NCBI GenBank assembly: GCA_051362555.1 | Contig: CM120647.1 | Span: forward strand, 11,012,651 to 11,076,650 | Direction of reading: 5' to 3' | Source: Lingula anatina | Lineage: Eukaryota > Animalia > Brachiopoda | Length of the DNA: 64,000 nucleotides | Shown here: positions 39,180 through 64,000 of the stretch, piece after piece | How positions within the stretch are numbered: the first letter of the stretch is position 1 | How the letters are laid out: each line of letters opens with the position of its first letter | Notes under the pieces: model-generated | What the model saw: the letters and a program-made list of their open reading frames with translations, nothing else | Databases searched by the model: none | Told to the model about the DNA's origin: nothing | Program-made: the position numbers and the translations under genes

Positions 39180-40686
39180 AACTAGAAAAGCACTTACAGT
39201 AGAGAGCGCACACCTCCGTCAAGAACCCTTCGTTGCTGAATTGTGGTAGTTGAGATCACATCCATTGCACGAAGTATGCAGTTGCGCACGCAGCTATATA
39301 CATCCTTAAATGGGATCGGAGTATACAATGCACGCGCAGTACAAAGTCAATTAGCGGACCTTTATGAACTGGAGGGACAGATAAATACATGAAGATCAAT
39401 TTAAGACCAAAATTTTGAAGAAAATGCAGTTTTAAACCTTTTTTTGCTGAACGAGAGATTAATTTGGTCTATGACTTGGCCTGTTGACTTTAGTTTAGTT
39501 GTAAAAAAAAAAAAACAAGTAGGGGCCTAGAAGTAACTGGAAATCCAGGCTCGCTTTATATATAACTTTAATCCAGGCGCCCAAGTATCACTGAAATGAT
39601 ATACGGAGTACTTAAGATTTGCGTCTTTGTCTGCTCCTCTGGCGACTAATGTCGTACTTTATGCTCCATGCTCGGTAACAGTTAATATTCCGGTGTCTTT
39701 TATGTATGGAACATGTTTGAAAGACAAGGTTTCGAGATTCTGAAAACTGACCTCAGTCTCTCCAAAGCACGCCAAGGCAGACAAGAAATTGTGTGGTGGG
39801 GGACAGTGCTTGAGACCTTGCTGGCCTTCTATTTTCTCCGTCAGCAGTCTGATGCCCTTCTTGGATAGCCTGTACCTCCTCAGAACACCCCTCTCTGTCT
39901 GCTCTTATAAAACGTCTCCTCGCGGCATGTAAAAAACGCATACTTTCGTTTCAAAGGACAAGAAAAGCTGCAGCCATTGCGCTGCACGAACGCCAGGGTA
40001 AGTATGCGCAAAGACTTGCCGACTGGGTCCGAGCTGTACGCAAATAACGCATGATTTTGCGCAAAATTATATTACGAAAAGTTCGTGAAAGGGTCTGTTC
40101 GCAAAAAATGGACTTTGCGCAAGTGCACAAATTGCGAAACGTTTCGCAGGGCAGTTGCTGAACCCATTTGTTTTGAAGAAAAACTGATTCTGCGAGCTCG
40201 ATGCGGGGTTGCGCAGTAGTCTTGGTACACAAAGTTGTTCCTGAAGATAACAATTCAAAATCATTAAATTCAACTAGAAAAGCACCCCGAGAGCGCAGAA
40301 AGCATCAAAGTCTCCACCCAATTTTCATTCTTTAATGATTTGTTTTTCGATTTTTGATTATTGATTGATTATTGATCCGGATCACTATCAAAAACTAATC
40401 ATCTGTTCCTTGGCCCACTTGTAACAGTTCCTGAAAATTTCATCACAATCGGCCCATAACATTTTTGGTCATTTTAGATTATTGATTGATTATTGATCTT
40501 GATCACCATCAACTACTCAAATCTAATATAACCCATTTCTGACCTACCCTGAAAATTTCATCAAAATCGGCCCGTAACTTTTTTAGTTATGTTGATGAAA
40601 AACAAACAAACAAACAGACAGACAGAGAGACAGACAGACAGACAAACAAAGAGGGGTGAAAACAAAACCTCCTTGGCGGAAGTAAA
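39180..40686. mobile_element. Non-autonomous Helentron/HINE-like element(s)
   Basis: AACTAGAAAAGCAC start at 39180 and again at 40272; subterminal ACCTCCGTCAAG inverted to terminal CTTGGCGGAAGT hairpin; (AAAC/AGAC)n microsatellite near 40600-40650. Confidence 0.55.
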
Positions 40687-41004
40687 ACATTTGATCGAGG
40701 ATAGGCTTTTCTCTGTTGACTAGTTGCATCAGTAGCTGCTTTTCGATATCAGAAAAGGGCTATGACTTTGTTTTTCTCATCCTCCAAACCATTCTTTCTC
40801 TTCTTGGTATACTTGCTTTATTCACTAAATTTGGCTTAGATCAAAACATCCACATGCAGTGATAATGTCCATATGCGCTGTTGTATGACTGAAGTTGATC
40901 AGTTTACCCCAGTTATACAACATTACTGAGGCGTTTTTAATGAGGAGGGTGTCACAAAGGCCTACTCTAACCAATGAGGAGCTCCTTTATCTCAGTGTCC
41001 CTTA

Positions 41005-41752
41005 AACCCCCTTTACACTGGACGGCGTCCTTTCTGCGTCCTTTGTGTGACCATGAAACTGGCCAGGACGCCGTCGGACGCTCAAAGAACGCACAGTGAT
41101 CGCCAAGGTCGCACAAAGAACGTCCAAGCATCGCCGAGGACGCCATGGACGCCGCAAAGTTTTGAGCATGTTCAAAACAATCGCAGAGAGAACGCGATGG
41201 AGGATGGTCGCTCAATGACGCAGAAAGGACGCAAAAGCATCGCCGTGGTCGCAGAGAGGACGCACAAGCATCGCCGCGGTCGTAGAAAGGCGGCACAAGC
41301 ATCGCTTTGGTTGCAGAATGAAAACTTAAAGATCGTCCAGTGTTCGACACGTAGAACATTTTGTTCACTCTCAAACGGGGCCGTGCTAAGGCATTTTTCA
41401 CCAGACAGGAATTCTAAGGCAACAGTGGTCTCATATCGGTCTCCGATTGTTTTTTCCCCTAAAATTCATGAAACGATCCATTTTTTTTTTTTTTTTGAGG
41501 TACAGAGAACGCAGCAAGAATGCTCAATGGTCGCTCAAACATCGCAATGGACGCCTTGGGTTGCAAGGCAGTCAGGTTGCTCGCAGTTTTACAGGTAAAA
41601 TCAAGATTCGGTCGCTCAAAGGACGCACAAGGGACGCAGACGCCTTTACACCGAGACACGATTTAATTGTTTTGTCGACCGTTGGGCGTCCTGACCACAT
41701 TTTTGAACGCAGAAGGGACGCAGAAAGGACGCCGGCCAGTGTAAAGGGGTCC
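41005..41752. mobile_element. MITE, PIF/Harbinger-like
   Basis: ~40-bp TIRs (CCCCTTTACACTGGACGGCGTCCTTTCTGCGTCC / GGACGCAGAAAGGACGCCGGCCAGTGTAAAGGGG), TTA on both sides. Confidence 0.8.
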
Positions 41753-43107
41753 TTACCTAAATGCTGACTTTTGTCAAAGTAATTCCTTATCAAAGGAGAG
41801 GCAGAAGTGTGGTCTTAGAATACCATTTCGTTAGGACTTCCTTTACCAAGGAACACCTCATTAAAGGAAACCTTTATGAAAGTTGAACTTAGGCCTATTT
41901 TAAGGAACATTTTGGAATACGGGCCTTTGTCTTGTCCCCGTGCGACGAATGTCGTAATTTATGTTTCGTGCTCCGTAACCGTCAATATTCTGGTGCCCTG
42001 TTATGTATAGAACAAATTGCTAGAACGGAAGCTGTATTCTGAAAATTGACCTCAGTCGCTCGAAAGAAAATGAAAAAAAAGGAGAAAGTGACGCACAATT
42101 TCATGTTCTTTGTTGTCTGTCTACCCTGGCCTACCTAAAATATGTACCTGCAGGTATTGTAGACGTCCATTGTTTGTTGTTTTCATTATATCGTAAATGT
42201 CGATGAAATTGCGGCGCCGTAGGCAGTGGGACAGTATCTATTTTGAAGTTGTCATATATACTGACAGTCAATGAAAAAGCATCATTTATTTATAAAATAA
42301 TATTTTTGTTCTTTTGGCACATTAAGTAAATAACAGTTTACATGTGAAATATGACCCATTATTCAGTTACACAAGGTGAAATAAGGTCAGAAAAGATCAT
42401 TAAAATGCAAGGTCACGCAATCAAATCTGTTTGGTTCAGCCCAGTCTCCATCATCCCAAGGGCCCGCAGTCACTCTTTCAGTGTCAAAGGTGGCATCACT
42501 GAACTTTTTGTTATGTTTCACACTGGATTTGGTGACTACCTTAAATAGGCTTAATTAATCACCATATACTGAAACTGATTAATTCAAACCAATCACAAGA
42601 CAGGAAAAACACGTGATTTTGTAACAGCTTATATAATACCCAAAGTGGTGTAAAATACCACTTTGGGTATTTTATAAGCTGGTCACAAAATCACTGAAGC
42701 GGAAATTTTAAACGTCCGAGTGGTCAGCCCACAAGTGCATTTGTAATCGTTTAAATTGTTGGAATCGATTCTAGGTAAAAAAATACAAGAAAGTTTTCTG
42801 ATGCATTTTCATTGGCTGTTAGTATACATGTACTTATACTATTCACGTGAACACTAAACGGTTATTTGTACATGCATTAAATATATGGAGCGGTTAGGTT
42901 CGTACCATTTAAAATTCGACCAATGAATTTAGATCCCAAACACACAGGTACAAAAAGGGACAAGAGCAATAGCTACATGTAGTTGCTACTGAAATAATCG
43001 TCTACGAAAGTTATACAGGTGAATAACGAGAGCACTGGATGCAAATTCAAGAATAAAAATAAACTGAGACGAGAAGCGATAAATTGAGGTGATTAAACAC
43101 TCAAGTA

Positions 43108-43273
43108 CAGGGACGGATCCAGAGATATTTTCTGACAGTCTTCCATATTATATTTGTTGGTCCATCCTCCATTTTTTGACCGTCTTCCGACAGAAAAAAT
43201 TAGATACCCGTCAATGTAAACTTGAAAATCTGACCGTCTTCCGGAAGACCCAGAAGACGGCCTAGTACCCCTG
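43108..43273. mobile_element. MITE, inverted relative of 10631-10798
   Basis: Reverse-complement match including CCGTCTTCCGGAAGACCCAGAAGACGG. Confidence 0.6.
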
Positions 43274-45982
43274 CCACTTTACGTTGTAATAAATGGCCTT
43301 CCTGTTTTAGGATTTGTAGTGCTGTTAAAGTAATTACTTAATGATTCCTAGCTACAGTACAGTGTGTGCTTATCCATCTCTTTTAATCCATTCAATGTTT
43401 GCTTTTTCACTGATCTAGAATAGGGACGGAAGACGCAACTGTTCAGACAGCTTTCGAATAAGATCGTCAGATACTTGTATATCCTGTCGTCCTGTCTTTT
43501 GAATGTACCCTAAATACCCCATAATTAAATAGTGGTTTCATCTTCCTATTAAATCGAGTACTACATGTACTTTGTCCAATATGTTGGTTTGCGACTGCAC
43601 GGGAGTGGGGTAAGGGTGGGGGAGGGCCGACCTTTGGGCTTAAGCATATACAGGCACATGTACCTCCACAAACGACAGAGGTTACGTTTTCATTGCTGTC
43701 TGCTTGGTACTTCAATAAGTTATTTCCCATAGGCCAGGAGCTTGGTCTCTAACTAAAGATTTTTTACCCCACTGTTACACATGTATTTACAATTTGCTCT
43801 GGGAGGTGTTAGCGCAAGTGGAACGATTCATAGTTTCTATTAAAGTGCCAGGTGATGAAAAATAAACTAAGGACCGAAACCGGTCCACCTTTAACCCTGT
43901 CCGGCCCCACCTCTACCTTTGACTTCAATTGACACTTAAGAGACTTTTTACTGCTCTTAAGAAATAAGGAGTGTTATTTGTATCCCTGATCTCGCTCTTT
44001 ACACAAAAATTCGATCTTTACATAGAAAGTTGGGAGCAAATAAACAGCCATAAAAGATGTCTTAAGATTAGATAACGCGTTTGTCAATATTAAATTAATC
44101 AAATTTCAGGAAAACTTCTTTAAGAAACGTGTAGCGTTAAGAACTCAAGTGTAAAAATACTTTTAGTGTTTTTTCTGTCAAGAGAAGTCGCTCTTCTTGT
44201 TAAAGAAACACGGAGAAGACAAGATGAAATGTGAAAGATAATAAGTACTCGGAAAAGTAAACATTATCTCATGACAGTTTAAATTTGTATTAATTTGTAA
44301 CGCGCACCTGTCGACAAAGTTAGAACGATAAAGATAGGCATCACAAACTGTGGGTTAATATACTCCAGTTTGACAATATCGTTTAGTCGTTTTACGCTGG
44401 ATGTACTAGTGAATACGTATTCAGTAATATAAATGGTTAAAACTGCTGGCCAAAAATAAAATCATATTCATTGTGTGGTTGCAGGCGACGTGGCACCTAC
44501 CTAAGACCTACAATTATAGATGATGTATGCTGTTATACACAATTACAGATATGTGCAATATTTTGAGATCATCCAAAGAAACGAGTAGACGCAGCAGAAA
44601 TATGTGGTTACCAAACCATCCGTTTTCATGCTGTGAAAAATGACCGTTGCTGTGACCGCACTCGGCGTTTATGTGAATAGGCCCAATGGACAGTACAGAA
44701 GCTCCTCCTTTCTCATCCAAGGATAATAATTGTCTATTTGTGTCAAGAGCGTCCGCCTCCTGTCCGACCATGTACCTGTCAACAGTTTTTTAAAGTGAAT
44801 GTTATATTCGCCTCTTCTCCCCCACCCCTCCAAGTATTTTGTGACCTCTTATATGTCGCACGACTCGAATTAAGGCATAGACCCTATGAATTTAAGACAT
44901 TATCAACAGTTTGTACGGAATGGATTTTATTTCATCACTTCCTCATTTTTAGTTCACTGAAAAGGTGAGTTGTTTTGGATAATAATGGGAAATGCCCCCA
45001 GTCTTAACGACGCTGAGGTGTGCGTCATAATTGCCAAACCCAAGTTTATCCATAAATTTTGACCATCAAATGCCACTGACAAAAGCCTTGACACTTAAGT
45101 CCGGGTATGACACGTCGCACCTTGTCATAAATAGTAATTTTCACATACATGTAGGAGTATATCAAATCCAGTGGTGCTTTTTCTGGAGATTGTCACCTTT
45201 TTCTTATACTATGCCAACGTTGAGGCCATTTTTGCTACCAGTACTATATGTATGTATTTACCGGTAGTTACCATGTATATTTAGTTACCAATATACTGTG
45301 ATATACCGGTAGATTCAGCTGATCATTTGTCGACATGAAAAAAGTACAAGTCAAAAATTTAAACCAAATTCAGATGGTATTTTCAGATTTCAGGTTTTTC
45401 GGTTTTAATCTTAATTTCATAATTTTTTAATTGTATAGAAGGACGACATAAATGCATCAATCAATGAAACACCTCAGTGAAAGAACGATGTTTTTCTTCC
45501 TTATATTTTACACGTATTATTGTTCTTCCTTATTTTTTCTTAGCAAACAATCCATCATCCCAACGCTATGATCGATGACTAGTTAAACAGTTTAAAATCC
45601 GGAATCAATACAATAAAACTTTCTATCCCCTTACTGGGCCACACAAATAACAAAATACTTCAAAATACTTAAGGTATAAATATCTGCCAAGGTAACAAAG
45701 ACTAAGTATGCACGTTCAGGGCCCTGTGTCTGAAACCAATATGTTCCGCATCATGGATAACGAACTGATTCTCGGTGTATATTATTCGCCGTATTATTAT
45801 TTCAACACGTATAATTCACCCGTCCTGCAGAGGCGGCAGACGTGAGTTGTTCTCCGTGAAGAAGATTCAAGATGAACGCCCTTTATCTGTTGCTAGTGAT
45901 TGGTTGGTGAGTTTGTGTCTTTGTGGTCTTTCCCTTTTTCATTCTCCTTTTCAGCTCTTTGTCTTTCTCTCTTTCTCTCCAA

Positions 45983-46013
<31 letters not shown>

Positions 46014-48080
46014 CGATTTTTTTCGTCATTAATGCAACAGCCCGGGTACAGGTCATTCATCTGAGCTGACCATCTGTCTGTCCGAGCAAACACCGAACGT
46101 TATTTTAACGTTAACCTATGGTTATGGTTACGTTATAATAAGTCCTGTGTTTGCTAGGGTAGTTTAGATAAGTGTATGAATAGGCAGTGGACAGTCCAGT
46201 AAAATAAACGTCAAAAATCTTTCAAGTATTCACATATTCTGTATCTCGAGGTATTCTACGGTATTCTGTAGTATTTCACGGTACTCTACAGTATTTACCA
46301 GTGCATGCTTACCTGTATTCACGTGTCTCACTGTATTTACAATATTCCAAGGAATAAACAATATTTCGTTGCGCTCTATTGTTCTTTTTCTTACGTCTTT
46401 TACGTTTTTTACATCTTATTTTATTTGATTTCTCTCTCTCCCGTAGTTTGTCTATTTATTCAAAAGTTCTAGCTATTTATCTACATTTTTCCAAATGAAA
46501 TCTTGCTTATTTATTGCTTCATCTCCTCTTATTTATCGTTTTTTTTTTTTACATTTTTTAGTCTTTTTTCTTCCTCGAGCTCTTTACTCGTAGTAAATCC
46601 ATTCATTTGTTTGCTTGTTTACTTTTTATTTACTTATTTATTCATTCGCCAATCTAGTACTACATGTAGTAGTTCATCTAAACTGAAAGAAGAACCAGAG
46701 CGTGGCAGTCTTGGAAAAAAATCTATAGGGTTCTACTGGTTAGCGTATATGGTTAAGCATAACCAGTCGTTTTGAATATATCAATCCAGACAGTACGAAG
46801 ACACGAGAGAGTCGTTATATGCGACAGTAATCACACTATAAAACAAGGACGTGGTTAACGCTAAGGACAGATGTGATTCATTCAAAAATGCCATTTATAT
46901 ATTTTAATTCATTCTTTCATTTATTCATGATATTTGGGAAGATAAAAGTGACCGCGGCTAAGGTGACGAAGGAGACATTTACAAAAGAAAGTGTATTGAT
47001 ATTAATAAGAGTTACCTTTACTATTGTCATTTATCGGGTTTATGCCGCAAATATGTGCTCTCGTCTGATAGATAATGTAATTTATTCGAATTTTGGTTAA
47101 CCTCTTTTTCACACAAACATAATGTGCCATTGTCTTGTTGTAGGCCCAATGCCAAATGAGATTTGTCCTTTTTAACTTTCTATCAAATTGCGACACTCAA
47201 GCGTGCAGAGGACAAGCTGAGAGTCAAAATACTGTAAGCTTTATTCACATAGCGCGGTACAGTCACCAATACTGAGACCCTTAAACTGGTCATTTTGCCT
47301 CCGTTTTCGTTTCTTCATAACACCCTAATACATGAGTTATCATAATGACGCATCTACATGTATGAAGATCAACTAAAAAGATGTAATATCTTATCTGAGG
47401 ATCAAAATACATGTACATCGCACATTACAATTATCGATCTCAGATTATTATTGATAGATTTTCATTGATGCTTTTTTTATGATAACATTTATTTTTAAAG
47501 AACTATAAGGCGATTTGATATGGATTTCATAACACCCTGTGTTATAAATTCTCGGGACTATAAAATTGCAAATTTTAACTGTGTGTCCACCGTCCCACTT
47601 TAAAGCATATCTTTCGCAAATAAAGTAATTTTTATGGGTTCGCGAACAAGTTTGATAACATTTTACTCTCTTTACTCCAGCTATGTCGTAGTGCTAGGAC
47701 TTCGGCGCACCATTTATAAGTGACGCCACAAAAGGTCATAATTATGTACCAACAAATCGCCACCTTTAACTTAAATTCACAACACGACTGTCCATGTCTC
47801 GCGGTTACATTCTTTCAAACGGTAATTTCCGTTAACATCCGTTAAATGACTTCCCTGTCGCGTCACGTTGCATCTCTTTCTTCTTAACAAAGGTAAATAG
47901 AATAGGAGGTGGGTGTTTTCGTAGGCTCCGGCGCAGTGTGCCAATAGATATAGAAAAATGTAAACTATTTGAGCCCGAATAAGTTCACTTTTGTGTCTGA
48001 TCAGCATAATAATCCTGTTTATTGTATTAATTATACATTGGGAGTCGCGTTTTAAGTGTTTTAGTTTACTTTCCCTGCAG

Positions 48081-63142
<15,062 letters not shown>

Positions 63143-64000
63143 ACCACGCCTGGATCACGTGATACCTTCATTAGAAGTCAGGAAACAACGTTGAAGCTGG
63201 CTTACAAACGTGTTTGCTGTGAAGATTTTTGATGCACTATTACGCGTATAACAGTGTGTGTCATACTTACAGTTATTCACATTATGCTTAATTGCTAGAC
63301 GTTTGAAGCAACGATAAGAATTTTCGTTAAGAAATTTGCATTTTCGTGCGGGTTAAGACTGGATTTTTTTACTTATAGGATGTTCATTTATATTAAGAAG
63401 TAAGTGCCAGAAGTTATCAATAGCTTATGTTTGTTATTATGTTTATTAAGTAATCACTATGTGCACCATGCTTTGAGGCAAACCAAATTATTACAAAAAT
63501 TGAGAATTAATTGAACCATTTGTTAAAGTATAAATACATTATACCTTAACTTACATCAAGTACAGCAGCAAGCGTTTTTGAGCAACCAAATTCGGATCGT
63601 TACAGTATTTAACGGTGTAGAGACAACCTGTTTTCAGTTTTTCGACTTTTATGAAACAGTCCCTTTCGAGCAGTTTGCCTCATTTAATATTGATCAAGAT
63701 TTTGAACGTTTTGGGTGGCATGTTTGCTTGCAAAACAAAGGTGTTTCCTGTCTCTTGCCTCCCACGTCCCTGCTTATATATCTTCGCCTTAAGTTTTGCT
63801 TTAGACGCCTCATTTATCATTTTACTTGCGTTGTTCTGCTGATATTGTCAATATTTCTTAAATTTCAAGCTTATGTTTTAGGGGTTTTGAAAATTCTTAA
63901 CAGTTAGACATGTTGATAACAGTTTAATCTATGATTACGCTTCAACCTTGCGTAAAGGTCAAAGACAACATTATGTTCGCTTGTAGTTTGTCGTGGCACA

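Noticed and set aside
40967-41793. Overlapping 66-183-aa ORFs
   Set aside because: They lie within a GC-richer MITE and show no transposase motifs.
44738-44964. First coding exon of gene B (…FLIFSSLK, AG|GTGAG donor, phase-compatible)
   Set aside because: No in-frame ATG found; plausible but unsupported without transcripts.

Overview
AT-rich animal (invertebrate-looking) genomic DNA with two tandem + strand paralogs of a large intron-containing secreted protein gene. Gene A (5' part lies before the window; exons 6558-37870) and gene B (exons 48081-63142; start-codon exon not located) encode: signal-peptide-like end / EMI-like Cys module / EGF and Ca-EGF repeats / uncharacterised region / long helical hairpin with a 10-Cys cationic tip / RKRR furin-type site / Ig domain / C-terminal chitin-binding (CBM14-like) domain. 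Gene A introns hold insertions absent from gene B: three decayed Tc1 copies, a nested TTAA-flanked Sola3-like element, a MITE, a hammerhead-like remnant, and a 17.4-kb tandem array (16735-34143) of a ~1.48-kb non-coding unit (11 units plus a partial one). Each unit carries a four-hairpin cluster, a TATA-preceded ~100-nt Pol III-type cassette resembling vault RNA, and a second tRNA-like A/B-box cassette. This array is the most unusual feature. All family calls are from by-eye motif recognition; no searches were run.
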